Positions 41,361 through 55,115 of a DNA stretch of 64,000 nt are shown here, piece by piece. The notes beneath the pieces were generated by a model. It was not told the origin of the DNA. It worked only from the letters and a program-made list of their open reading frames with translations, and did no database searches. Position numbers and translations under genes: made by a program. Position 1 is the stretch's first letter. The number at the start of each line of letters is the position of its first letter. This DNA is from Camelus dromedarius (Eukaryota): contig NC_087436.1 in assembly GCF_036321535.1 (NCBI RefSeq), forward strand, positions 59,274,001-59,338,000, in the 5' to 3' direction.

Positions 41361-42077
41361 TTATCAAAATAATACAATATTAAAATAAAATAAGAAAATT
41401 GGAATCTTTGGGAGAAAAAATACAGAGATTGAAATAAAAATAAGTTTTAATTTTTTCCCATGATTTCAGTTATTTTTCACTGATTTTGAACATGGGCACA
41501 TATTATACGTTTACTTTTAGGATTTAGAGAATTAACACTGTAGTATTATTCATAAAATATTTAGAAGTATCATAAAGTTGAGAAAATGCAACTATTCAGA
41601 AATCAACTTATAAAAGATTGTTTGCTTTAATTGTCCCTTTAATTGATACAATCTTGCTAAGTATAGCCCACTAGAAATTTATTTTATTGCCTGAGCTGTG
41701 AAGCACTGATAGAGTACGAAAGTCAAACAAATACAAAAGATAATTCTCAAACTGATCATATGATATGATGGGGAAAGTAGAAGAAAAACTGAATAGTAAA
41801 TGAACAGTAGTCTTCAAATATATGTAGTATTTTTGGTCAAACTGCCTGTTTTTCAAAAGATTGCTAAGTAGTATTTTAAAAGTTTTGCTTTCTTTAGAAC
41901 AGATAAAAATCTATACTTAAAGGGAAAACTACAATAACATGTAGACATCATAGGGTACTTTTATGGATTCCAGTTTTCTGGTCTTTACTTTTGAGAATGT
42001 ACTATTAACATTTAATCAGAGAGATACTGAAAAACCACATTAGCAGGATCCATGTGAGGTGCAGTTTTTAAAATTAC

Positions 42078-42135
42078 ACATTGTAACTGACTATACTTCA
42101 ATAATAAAGAAAAAGATTCATCAGGGAAACGGAAA
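42078..42135 (+). mobile_element. Extremely 5'-truncated L1 tail
   Basis: acattgtaactgactatacttcaat (same terminus as the L1 at 8872-9060) plus an A-rich tail. TSD aaaattac at 42070-42077 and 42136-42143. Confidence 0.7.
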
Positions 42136-45100
42136 AAAATTACCTAAAATGCAAAATTTGTTCTAATTCTTACCTGCAAACTGATCATTATATGTAAATA
42201 TAGATGTTACATGCATTTCAGATCATTTGGCATAGTTGTATTTTGATATCTTATTTTAAAGCATTTTAAGAGATTTAAAAAGCCTGTGCTTTCTTCTTAG
42301 TTGTATCTATGAATTACAATATATCCCAGTCAACATATTTATGTAATCCATTTGTCATGCTATTTTCTTCACTGCCCTCACTTAATTTCTTAAAAATACC
42401 ACAGGATGGCACAAATTTTGATTCTTCCAGAATTACAGAGTTATTTCCTCAACTCTTAAAGTCATGTCCCAAGGGACAATTCTCTGGGCTTTTGCCATAT
42501 GTCTTAAAGAACCTGAAACAGAATTCTTTTTCATTGCACATTTCTATACTCTCCTTATGAAGCTAATGCTTGCCTCACACAGAGGATTCACCTTATATTT
42601 TTCTATTTTGCAGGGTTATCATTAATAAAAATTCCTGCATTCTCAACTTAGCTTCTGTAATAATTGCTGTAAGTCATGATAGGCAGCACGGCCATGACTG
42701 CAAGGCTGTGAAGGAAGACTAGGCTGGAGAGAAAGAAGATGTAGAAACAATCTGGGGAGATTCACAAAGCTCCTCTGGATAATAGAACTACCACCTATGG
42801 AGAGGAGCCAGGGTTCAAGTTCAAAGTGGCTAAATAATCTTTACTCTGACAGAGCTCTCCTCAAGAAGTTTTATTGGAAGAGAAGGACAAAGGTATTAGG
42901 TATGGTTAGGTGCCTACAAGACTGGACCTAAAATACTGAAAATACTGCTTTGCTTTCCCCAACTCCACTATCACACACCCCTCCTTCCTATGCAATTAAA
43001 ACTTTTAAAGTAATAATACTTAAATACAGTCTAGAAAGTTCCAATTCTCCCACCATGACTAATTCAATTAAAAGAAAAATCAAACCTTCATACACTGGTA
43101 ACTTTACAAAAAGCCCCAATCATCTCCCAGAGAATATCTAGAAAGTTTCCCTAGTTGTTGAGAGTATCTGTTACAGCTACCACAATTGAGAAGGAAAGCC
43201 TCATAGAACAGGGCAAGAGAGTTTTATCCCAGCTCACTTGGCCAAAGCTGAGTCCAAATTCAGGTTCAAACATCACCCAGAGTAGGAACTAAGCACAGGG
43301 TGAGTTCAAAAGGCCCAGCAGGCAAACCAGCCACAATCATTAAGGATTAGAAGAAGCCGCAGCCCAAACTTCACAAGATGGGACAGGACTAGACACCAAA
43401 ATGGAAGGAACCAGACTACTTTCAGATGCACTTTTTAAAGGGCCATATCCTCAAATATATTTTCAATTTAGATTAAGGAATTAGACAGGGCTGATTCCAT
43501 CAGATACAGCCTTTAGTATCAGAAGGTAGTAAGGTAAGACTTGACACAATGAAGAAAAATATACTTCTTTTGTATATTAGATGGTGCCAATGTGTGTGAG
43601 ACAAATCAGGAAACTGCAGTGGATATTCATGCATTAAAAATAAGCACTATCATTCAATCACCTATTTAGTCCATAATGAATTCATTTAAAAGTATTTGTC
43701 CAAAATTTTCAAGAAAGCTAGACTAACTTCCCTGTCTTAAAATCATCACAATAGCATCAGTAATCTAAACTTGACTTTTCCTGAAAATGAAGCAGACATT
43801 ACTACAGCTAGTACTCGGTGAAAAAACTAACATCTCTGTCTTTGGATGTGCTATCATCATATGGTCATCAATGTAATTGTATAATAATCTCTATGGAAAA
43901 GATACTAAAACTGACTCTGTTTTGTTTATTCTATATGCTTTTGTATTTATTTACATTTTTAACAAGGAGATATATTCATGTATTTGATAAGGGGATGTAT
44001 TCATACTTATTACTTAATAATAAGTCAACACAAGGGACTATATTTCCCAGCCATTAATAGTATTTTTCTCTGAGGTAAAAAATTTAGAGCTCAGTCATGT
44101 TTAACATTGTTTAATTCTACAGGCAGATCTTAACTCAATATGAACTAATATAGAAATATTTTTATGAAAATAAACATTTAGAAGCCATAGTTCAAAAGTC
44201 AAAGTAACCTCTAATTAGGAAAAATGTAAATGGTTTTATTTAACTACTATTGAAAATCTATTTTAAAGATAAATGGTATCTATCACTTTAGGCATTAAAC
44301 ACTTTATTCCATGTAATTTTGCCTGAAAAGTTAGTCTTTTCCACATTTCCTACAGTGAAATTTCTGAATATTCACTGTATATAAAGGACATTTATCAAAG
44401 TTGGTCCTTGCATCCATTATGCCTCCAGTTACAGCAATGTATTAAAGGAAGAACATAGCATAGAGTACCAGGCTCTTTCCTGTGCAGTAATAACTAAGTA
44501 TTAAAGATAAGTGGCTTTATTGACCAGCTTTATAGGATATTAAATACTTGCATCTCCAAAAATTCTGTCAATAAAGATGGATTTTAATTTCCAAACATAT
44601 TTCTAATCAAAGTAAGGTAAATGTTTTATAAAGAAAGTGCATAGAAACCTCATGCATATGACTACACTGAGCTTATGTATTGAAATGTAGCTTGATGAAA
44701 CAGATTATCTTATCCACAAGAGATAACAAATGCATATAGACACAAATATGATTATAACTGAATTTCAAATCTGCTTTCCTCTTACTATGTACACACACCC
44801 TCCTCATTCGTTCTTAGTTACGTTATATGGAAGTTCAGCTCTGCTCAGCTGGCTCTCTTCAATTTGCAACCAAAGCTATGAACAAGAGAAGTAGGGAAAA
44901 AAAATGAGAGCACAGCAAATGGGAAGTAAAACACGGCTGGAAAATTATTTTGTGATTTTTTTTTTTTAACGTCTGACATGTTGTGGAAATGGAAATGTCT
45001 ACACAACTCAAATGACTCTTCATCATTGACAGTGAGGGTTCATCATAGGCAATTTTTCTTGTCTCTTTGAACTCTGAATCAACTCCCAGTCAACATGATT

Positions 45101-48100
45101 TAAGCATATTTATGCCCTCGTTTCTTCGTGATCCTACTCAAGTTGCCACCATCATCCACAATCACACTCAGCCCCACGGCCCCATGGCTTACTTTCCTCA
45201 TCTGAAAATTTCCTGACTTTCTACCGGCATAAACACAGAAGTTCTCATTTTTGCTCTCTTCATTCTCATGTTGTAGATAATTATTATAAAACCTCTCCTA
45301 TGCCTAGAAAAGAGAAAGGACTTCTGCTCCATTTTCCATGAGAGAAACGTCCCTTTATCCAACCCTGCCTTATTTATTACCCCAAACTGAATGAGTGGAA
45401 TGATGATTGTCTCACCCCTGTCACTGGGAAAATGCTCAGTAAGGATGCCCCACACAGTCTTTTTGGCTCTGTCTCCTCCCTTTCAGAGCAATCTTCCTAA
45501 TTTATTCTCCCCTTGACCAGTAAGGCCCCACGGAATGGAGGGTGGGACTAGGGTGGAGACGCCAGGTGTAGGAGGCTGCCATTTGCCAGATGCTTACTCT
45601 GTGACAGGGTGGGAAGTTCACATGGAAGTGGTGTGGGAAAACAGAATGCAATTTGGGCTCAGTTTCTCCCTGTGACTCCTCTTTTGCTTTACCTTATTTT
45701 TCCCTTTCTTACTCCAGGGACCGGTTCCTCATTGGCTTAGAACATTTAGTCTATTAGAAATGGAGGCTCCAGGCTTCAAAACCCCAACTCAGAAATGCCT
45801 ATTCTCATACAAAGAATAGATAATAGTTTTATGTAGAACAACATCAGTCTTTTAATTAAGAAAAGATACACTTATCAACTTTACTTCATCTCAGTAAGAA
45901 GACCCTCAGGGTAGATTCAAGACTACAAACACTGAGTAATTTTTGATTTTACACTCTTTTACATCTCAGCTCATCCTAGTTTTTATCTACCTAGATAAAT
46001 ATATCTTTCTCACTAAGTGAGCTTTACAGATATAGGAAGCACATAGCAGATGTGATTTCAATAAGGAGAAACCAACACACATAGGCATACAGCTGGAACT
46101 GGGAGAATAAATATTATACACACATGAGAATACACTTGAACATGTACTTATTTAAAGGTAGAAATGGATGCACAAAAACAACACACTGCAAAAATGTCCA
46201 CATATATACAAACAATGCCTGTATATTTACGTTTCATTAGTAAAAAGTGTTTTCTTCCACCTTGTTTTGTAGGTTTTGTGTTTCTGTGTGTGTCTGTTTC
46301 TCTTTTATCTGCCTCTTTAGATTTTAGATGGCAGCCACTGCCTTCCTCATGTCTCCCCAACCAACACTGCAAAATATACAGTCCACTGCACATAGTAGAT
46401 ATTTATTGAATATTTTAATTTAATTTTTAGTGAATCAGGAAACACATGTAGGCAAAACCTTATGGATAAATACATGCAAGTCCAGACACACCCACCCTAG
46501 GAAGCATGCAAAACTGAGAAACTGTGTGATGCCAAACAAAACACTGGGTTGAGATGGTATGAGCAACTGTGATCTGGCTAGAGAGGGAATAAACAGTGGG
46601 GTAAAACAGACTTGCTGTCTAACAAAGCAGGCCCAGGATTTTGGCATTAACTATGCAGAATGAATGTTCTCAATAATCTTATAGAATGATTACTCAATTT
46701 TCTCAAATTATTTATTACTTAACTTATGTAAACATTTGACTCTTTAAAACTCACACTGAATGTTCTTTTACTCTAATTCTTAAGTTTCTAAGTTGTTTGA
46801 TTTAACTCAGTGATAACTGTAAAATTTAGTGCAATGATTAGGTCATGCTCATTTTTCAAAACATATTAATAATTTTGCGGTGATTGTTTTGCTTCCATAA
46901 ATATTTGAAAAACAGAAAGACTGCCATTTATTAAATCTGTTTTAATGGAATCACTCAATTCTAGGTCCATCAGAAAATAGTTAATTCTGCCTTCCTCTTT
47001 TATTATTCACACCCTTTTTACTGAAAATATGAGATCTCTGCTCCTAAAACCTGTATTTAATTGGTCTTTTTACACTATAAATTTCTCTAACAGGAGTATA
47101 CAGATATAGATTGTATTATTTTTAATTATGGAAAAGATTACATTACTTATTGATTTACATGGTCACACCATAATTAAATAAAGTCTGTGGTGGTTTATTT
47201 GAACTCACAAGAGGTGCTCTACCTTATTCCATTTTCAGAACTTAAAGCCATAATCTGAGGAAGTAGGAGGTACAACATAATGAGACGATACACTTAAAAT
47301 AAAAATCAGCATTGTGTTTTAGCCATAAAATGGAGGGAGTGGGAGACAACAAACGAACATTATGGGTAACGTGAATTAAGAGTAAAAAGCAAAGAATGAT
47401 TTACAGACAGCTAGAGTCCTTGCTAAAGTTTATAATGCTTACCTCAGCAAATAAGTAGACTGCAGTGAATAATTTTTCAGGTGACATAACACTTGCAACT
47501 CTAGAAGACAACTCACATTGCCATTCTGAAGAATTCTATGACAAACAAGTCATTTCATCTAATATACAGTGACAGATGATTAAGACAGTGCATTATACTG
47601 TATTCAGAATTCTTTTTTTCAAGACTATCAATCCAACCATAATGGTATGTTATAAAAGCATGCACACTTGGACAATTCCTTTCATAACAATAGCATTCCA
47701 AATGTTTCTGCAGATGTTTGGTGAAGACTGCCTTTGTGACAAGAATGGATGTTTAGATGTTCATAAGCATAAAAATCTAACACAAGAACAAGCACAAAAA
47801 TCTAACAACTTTTCCGTGAGAGTTGTTTGTTCCTCTCAAGTAGTTTTGGAACTGAAGTTTTAATGTGGAAAACTGAGTTTTGTAAGATTTTATACATATT
47901 ACAGAATAATGTGAATTATATTGCCATTTTTAATGGAACAGAGTATCTCCCCCAATAAATAAAGCTTTATTTAAGACTTTGTGTGGAAAATACCAAGACT
48001 TTATTATGTAAAAAGTGAGTTCAGATTCCAGGCAGTTATTTAGCAGCAGGACAGTAGACGGTATGACTGTAACTGAATTAACAACATAAAGAGCTCCCAA

Positions 48101-48966
48101 TGTTCCACCTTCTGTAGTTGGCCAATTAGAGCTACTACTGGTCCTGATGGATGCTGTAACTGCTAATACCCTCATGTGGTCTTGCCTACTGCTTTCTGTA
48201 GCATTATAATAAAGTGTCACAACTGAGGCAAAGTGTTCCTGTTTTTTTTAACCAGAACATATGAAATCTATTATATGCATCTATTGAGTGGTTTTCAAAC
48301 ATGAAAAACAAAAGGAACCAGAAACTAGGACACCTAGAGAAGGACACAGATGCTAGATGGCAGTGGCAGATTTTCCATTATTCTGGTGTATTTATTCTTA
48401 CACCCATCCTTTTCCTAAATGACTTAGTTTATTATTTACATCTACTTTGACGTATGTCTCTTTTAATTATACATTCCTTGAGATCACTGAGAATCTTTTT
48501 TATGCTAACTGGAAAGTGCTTACAACTATCTAGTATTATAATTTATAAATGTAGCACAGGGTTTATATATAAGCACTCAGTAATGTAGATAATGATGATG
48601 ATAATACTATCAATGTAAGCAATGCTTTCCAGATTAAAAAAAAGAAAGAATATTATATTTTGATTAGCAAAGAAAGTGTGACTTTAAGAATTTTTCAATT
48701 ATGCTATAAATAATGATATTATTTTTAAAATAATGACATGAATCAGAAAATAAGACTAACCATAAATTTAAATTAGTTTTTAATGACCTCTCTAACTGGT
48801 TTCAACACAAAGAAAACCATGTCAAATAAACCAGCATAGCACATTTTCAGAAATTAGCAAGACTTCAATAATTTAATGAGTATCTAATGTCTTATTATTA
48901 TTCACTTTTGCTGACTTCAGTGTGTAGCAAACTCATTAAGGTTTTATACGTACGAGCCTAATTTTT

Positions 48967-49025
48967 TTAACTTTTTTTTTTATTGAGTAATAGTCATTTT
49001 ACAATGTTTTGTCAAATTCCAGTGT
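48967..49025 (-). mobile_element. Extremely 5'-truncated lineage-specific L1 tail
   Basis: The - strand reads cactggaatttgacaaaacattgtaaaatgactattactcaataaaaaaa (same terminus as 15723-15955). 17-bp TSD gtacgagcctaattttt (48950-48966) / gtacaagcctaattttt (49026-49042). Confidence 0.85.
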
Positions 49026-49779
49026 GTACAAGCCTAATTTTTATAGAGATGAAAACAACTTCATGTTAGAAATAAACTGCAAAGAGTTTCTGCTGATGAT
49101 ACAGACAGATACAATTGAAAAATGCAGGACTTGTAGCTGGGTTTCAAGTCTAGGCTAACAATACTTCTTAGTGAACAAATATCATGTGGTAGATGTTGTA
49201 TTAAGTGCAGTGCTGATGGAGCTTATAGCCTGGGGGTGGGGGTCTCTTTTTATCAAATACTCACATTTTTTAAGGTGAAAATAAACATCCAAATTAAAAT
49301 AAATAAGACCTGTGGAGAGTCTGTTTTCTTTATTTTATACAAATTTATAAAGGTTAGTTGACAGGAAGGGAAAGGAAGATATTCTAAGGAACTGCCAAAG
49401 GACAGAGATCTGAAAAACAAATTAGAATTAACTAAGTAAAGGGAAGGAAACAAGGCTAAGCCCCAGTGCCCTGCAGCAACAGGAGACAGAGAAGCATCAG
49501 GAAGAAAAGTTCACTGTGACAGCAGAGAGCCAGGAGAAGCCTGAAAGAAGATGAGGCTAGAAGACAGAAGGCAAGACTTCGCAGGCCCCTTAGAAGCACC
49601 TTATGTTTTTCTTAAATGTGTTGAGAGTGCATCTAGAATTACAGTCAGATTATCAGACTTGCAATTCAAAGAACAACACAAAAACAAACACAAAATCAAA
49701 AAACAAAACTGAAGTGTCTCCAGTAAGATGTAACAATGGAGGAAAATAGGACTAAGGAAGAAAGAGCCATGAAAAATTA

Positions 49780-49878
49780 ATTCACTCAATTCCCCTGGGT
49801 GTCATTTTCCTCCAATGTAAAATAAGGGGGTTGGATTGGGTGACTTCAAAGATCCCTTCTGTTTCTAACATTCTAATC
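49780..49878 (+). mobile_element. MIR3-like fragment
   Basis: ttttcctccaatgtaaaataaggggg...gacttcaaagatcccttctgtttctaacattcta. Confidence 0.6.
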
Positions 49879-50429
49879 AGGTAAGTGGCAAGTGAAATCT
49901 GTACTTAATGGACAACATGCTACTAGCAGAAAGTACAGTTGCTAAAAGCTGAGGCAGACACCTCCCCAGAGCAAATGACTCCCTGATCCCACTGCAAGAG
50001 TGATATTTTAGACTGGAAAACTGAAAAGGTAACAATGACTTTCTATTTTGGTTTTCCGAGAATTAAATTAGCCTTTGTAGCAAACTGTATGTGATTTCCC
50101 CAAGGGAAGACAAACTCTCTCTCTCCTAGCTTACCTAAAGGGTTATTTTAATACTTTGGAGGAATAAAAAGAGAGTTTTCTGCGAATTGAAAAAAAATAG
50201 ACAAATAGAAAATTTCCAGGTCTTCTGGAGTCATTTCTTGGCTCCTTCCTCACTCCATAATTGCCACAATAATCAGTGTATCTACTCTATGACCTCAAGT
50301 ATCAGCCCTCTCAGTGTTATCAAATTTTTGTCTCCTATGTAAATCTTTGTAATTTCAATCCTATGTTTTCTACCTCTTAATCATCAATAACAACAAAAGT
50401 AAGTAACAAAAAATAAAATATACTTTTAA

Positions 50430-51620
50430 ACAAATAATAACCCTATAAATTATAAAATCCTTAGCTGTGAATGATAATGAAAATACTGCTTTTTAAACCT
50501 GTGGAAGCAGTAAATGCAGTATTCAGAGGGAAATATTTAGATTAATAGGATTATATTAAAAAAAAAGTAAAGGCTAAAATTAAAAAGTTACAAATTTAAA
50601 TTAGAAGTGATGCAAAAGCATTTACACAGCAGAGAGAAAAGAATACACTTAAGAGTAGAAATTAATGAGAGGAAAAATAAAAGAGGGGCAATACAGCAAA
50701 ATGACTAATAACATTAGCAAGCCTTGGGAAAAAATTAACAACAAAAGAAACCAAACATAAACAACATTAGGAATTAAAAGGAAGACATGACTATAAATGT
50801 AACAGGAAATAAAAAGATAAAAAATATTATGAATAATTTTATGTCAACAATATTTCAAGTTTAGGTGAACTGGAAAATCCCTAGGTAAATAAAGATTACT
50901 AAAATCAATGAAGGAAAAAAAAATACATTTGGTTCTAAATATGTTTAAAAAGAAACATGTCATTTTTAAAATAAAGATTAAAAACCTCCCACAAATACAC
51001 CAGGATTCCACTTTTTTATTGATGAGTTCTTGCGAATATTGAATAATACCAATAATCATGTTCTTTCAGAAATTTGAAAGAGGAAACATCACCTCAATAT
51101 TGTCTATTGAGCCTAACCATGTTTTCAACCCACCAGAGAAAGACAAAACAAGAAAACAAATCTTACTCAGAGAACACAGATATCAAAATCCTAAAGAAAA
51201 TATTAGCAAACCAAATTCAGTCATATATTAAGAAAAATACCTAATATCTTGTGTTTATTCCAAGAGTGACAGAATGTTTCAAAATTAGAAAATCTATTAC
51301 TATAATTAAGTACATTTATATATCGAAGATAAAAAACCCAATATATTTATCTCATAAAACTAAGTAATACAGCAAATATCATACCTGATGACGACATTTT
51401 AAATGCACTCCAGGAATGAGAAACAAATGCCTGTGCTACTTCTATTCAACACTGTATTGTGATTTTCTAGCTATTCTAGTAATTTTACAAGAAAAATTAC
51501 CAAAGGATCAGAAAATTAAAATAAAGTTGTCATTTTTTGCAGATAGTATGATTTACTTTTGAAACTAATAACACTGGTTTGCAAGTTTGCTTGATATAAG
51601 ATCAATATGTCTAAAATATT
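50430..51620 (+). mobile_element. Ancient L1 ORF2 (reverse transcriptase region), heavily decayed
   Basis: aaaatcctaaagaaaatattagcaaaccaaattcag and cttctattcaacactgtattg. About 51524-51556 translates KLSFFADSMIY, versus the L1 RT motif KLSLFADDMI. Confidence 0.85.
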
Positions 51621-52598
51621 TTCCCTTTATCTTTTAATTTATTAATTTTCATAGGTATTTTAGTTTTCACTCTTGGGGAAGATCAATTTGATCTGTATAT
51701 GATATAAAGCCACAGTTATACTTTGTAAATTAGACATGAGGTAAGTATACTTTTTACTAACCATAAAATATTAAATTAAATATATTTTATTCCTATTTGC
51801 CCACTGGCCAAAAATATTTTATTCATTAATCTTTTTTTTTATAGAATCCCTTCATCACATTATATGTAACTAGTCTTTCATTTTTAACTAATCTGTACAG
51901 ACAAATCATTCATATAAGTTTTATTAAAATCTAAAAGGTTCAGAAAATATTTGTCTTAACAGAGTTCCTTTCTATTTTTCTTTATATATGTTAATCAAGT
52001 CAATCTAGACCTTCATTGAACAGGTTATATAAAAATATTTTAAATATACATACTTATGATGTATTCTAAGTCCAGAAATTCTAGAATTCAAAACTCAGAA
52101 AAGCAAATTTAACCTTATTAAAAATAAAACCAAAGCTAATTATGCAAAGGAAAATCTGTAAATTTTGAAAACACTCATTTCTAAACTGATTCATAGATTT
52201 TGTACCAATAAACATTTTCATTTCTCAAACTAAAACTAATAAATCTTTCATACTGTGGAAATACTATTCTACACTATAAATATTTGATGACATTTTCCAA
52301 ACTTTTTCTTTGCTGTGAAGACTGAGTGGACTGTTGCCATGTATATTGTTACTGGAACTGAAGTGGTATGAAAGTAAAGACGAGTGATTGGTTCACATAT
52401 TAGTCACATGGCAGGCAGCCAAGTATGTAAGCTCTGTGTGGTACTGGGAATAGAAATAGATGAAAGAAGAGACTTTTATTTCAGCCGAATTTTGCTGCTG
52501 AGATTTGATCTTCAGGCTGAAAATCTGCAGCACTGTTAACATTGACCCAAGGTTCATGTTCATTTGGTCTTTTTCTTTCTTCATCTAATTATTCCCTA

Positions 52599-53280
52599 TG
52601 ACAGCCACTTCTAGCTGCCTATCAGATACCTGTTCTCCCTTCCTGCTTACAGAGAGAATCCTGATTTCCCTCCACCAATGTCAAGATATTCCAGATAAAC
52701 ATACTTGCTCCTCACAGATCTCTTGCATTAAAGATGACACATGGCACAATTCTGAACAATAAGCTAATGGCAAGAGTCCATTAAAAGACTGAAAAAGACT
52801 TCATTTTCCAAGTAAAGTTTTTCGCAGAAATAAACCTTGGAACACTTGTTTCTTCCTGCCTTGAACCCAGATGCAAAGGCTCGGATGTACAACAGCCTTA
52901 TTTTATGACTGTGATGACAAAAGCCACCTACCTTGTTGGTGAAACAAGAAGACAAAAAAAGAGGACTACTGCTGACCCATTTGGCATCTTGGGAATTACA
53001 ATTAGAGTACTCCCTCTGGACAAAAGGCAGCCCAAGCCAATCAGTCCCTTTTTCCCACTAGTCAGATGACCTTTTGCTGGACCTAAGCTGCTCAGTACTG
53101 CATGGTAGCTGTAAGAAAATGTCCAGAACTTATGATTTCACTGAGGCACTGTGTCAGCCCTGGATTGCTAGTCCCAGATTTCCTGTGCTTGAAACAAATA
53201 TATTCCATATGTTTTTAAATGACTGTAATACACTTTTTGTTTGTTTGTTCATTACTCATAGCCAAACGTATCACTGATAT
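52599..53280 (+). mobile_element. MaLR solo LTR (MLT1 family)
   Basis: gttctcccttcctgcttacagagagaatcctgattt...atggcacaattctgaacaataag...ttcttcctgccttgaac...attactcatagccaaacgtatcactgata. Confidence 0.7.
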
Positions 53281-53601
53281 CACGTTCTTGAGTTTTACAG
53301 TTGTCACTTATCTATTAGTGAAAATATACCTAAAACAAATTATATTCCTTTAAAAAGAATATTACTCTATGTAATCTTTCTTTAAATTAAAAAAAAAGTA
53401 TTTTCATTAGAAATTTAAATTTCAAAGATTAAACTTGTTTTCAAAACTTGTCCCTAGAATTTTGCTCATGTGAACACATACATGCACAAAGACAACATTT
53501 GTGAATTTCCCTCTAAATTTTGCTAAGCAGAATAAGCAATTAAATCATTTTGACACCCTGACAAATAGCAGACTGGCATGAGATAGACATTATAGGCAAA
53601 T

Positions 53602-53647
53602 ATTCTACGAATTATGAAAATTATGAAAATTCTACGAATTATGAAAA
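53602..53647. repeat. 19-bp direct duplication with an 8-bp internal sub-repeat
   Basis: attctacgaattatgaaaa at 53602-53620 and 53629-53647, separated by ttatgaaa. Confidence 0.9.
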
Positions 53648-54321
53648 CAAGAATAAAATAATAGAACTTGGGAAATAGAACAGATAAATGTAAAATAAAG
53701 CACCGTACGGACAAAGCCAACATAAAGATACTGAGTTACTTAGCCAGAACTATCTCCATTGTTTCCACTGTAAAGTGAGAGAATTTAATTAAGATTATCT
53801 CCAGTTTTAACAAAAAGCTTCAAGAAGTAAAAATGATCATCTGTGAATCTTTGATGCTGGTGTATAGAAAAATCCACTCATTCCTTTATCATGTATTTAT
53901 TGAGTGTCCACTGCATAATAAAGGGGAATGTAGGAGACAAAACTTTACGTAGTTCAGGCTGCCTCACGCAAGTCAACCTCAGAGATGCAGAAACAGGAGG
54001 AAAGTCCCTCAGCCTCTGAGGCAGAATTTTAGAGCACAGGACGAAGTATTCTAGTCTTAGGAAAAAGAAACTCCATGCAAGGAATGCCTCATGGGACTAT
54101 ATACCCATAGGCCATCACACTAGCAAGGTCTTTCTTTATTATGTTCAGCAGAAAAGTAATGAATAGGGGGCTGAAAGTTTCAAATGAGACTTTTTAGATT
54201 GTTGGAACTTTAAATGAAGGATAAACTGCTTTTTGTTCGCAAAAGGAAAATGGTTCAGACTTTAATCAGTTAAATATCCTAAATGTAATTTAATATTCTT
54301 AATTCAGATGAATTCTATTTA

Positions 54322-54852
54322 TGTAATTGGGGCCAAAGGTAGGCAACCCAAAATGTGCCTCAGTGACATATTGATCAATTTGAATTAAAATTACTTAAGA
54401 ACTGGCCAACATAAGAACACCCTGATTCTCCTTTCTGTCTCCCAAAAAGCAGGAAATAAGTCTCTCATTCAAAGTTGCACTCCCTGCATCCGGAGGTACA
54501 AGGACACCTTGATCATCAAAGATAGGGAATTCAGGGCTGAGAAGCCTATGCAAACAGGCCTTTAACTTACTGCCCCAAGCCCAGACTCTGTTTAGATTCT
54601 TCACTAATTACACACCCAAAACCTAAGTTTCTTTGTCCTATTACTTCCTCAAAAATGTATTGTTTCTTTGTTTAAAAAGTATAAAAGATGCTTACTTCAC
54701 ATACTTTAGGTCCCATTTCCAGTAGATATCCATGCGTGGGAAGTAAAATTTGTTTCTCTTTCTCCTATTAATCTGTCTTCTGTCAACTTAATTATTAGTC
54801 CTACCACAAGAACTCAAGAGTAGTAGAGGGGGAAACTTCCTCCTCCCCAGCA
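54322..54852 (+). mobile_element. ERV1 solo LTR (MER34/MER39-like)
   Basis: Start ggggccaaaggtaggcaacccaaaatgtgcctc, TATA (aagtataaaag) and end ttctcctattaatctgtcttctgtca...gtagagggggaaacttcctcctccccagca resemble MER34-group LTRs. Confidence 0.75.
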
Positions 54853-54957
54853 ATATCATTATGTGTATATGAATATTAGGTAATCACTCATTAGTAAGTG
54901 CTCAATTTACATGAAAAAAAGATTAACATTTTTTAAATTTTAGGTATTTTTGAAAAA

Positions 54958-55115
54958 GAGTCTTGGGCATCAGAATTTCCTTGGGTGCTGGCTAAAAATA
55001 GAGTCCTCGGCATAACCTAAACCTACAGAATCAGAATGTCTAAGGATGAGACTGGGGAATCTGCATTTTTAATAAGCTTTTTGGGTAATGCACACTAAAG
55101 CTTAAGAACCACTGC
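54958..55115. mobile_element. MER5-family hAT MITE
   Basis: gcatcagaatttccttgg...acctacagaatcagaatgtct...ggaatctgcatttttaataagc...ttaagaaccactgc. Confidence 0.75.

Noticed and set aside
42614..42668. + strand exon-like segment with a good acceptor and GTAAGT donor
   Set aside because: Isolated, peptide not recognised, and expected by chance in a window of this size.
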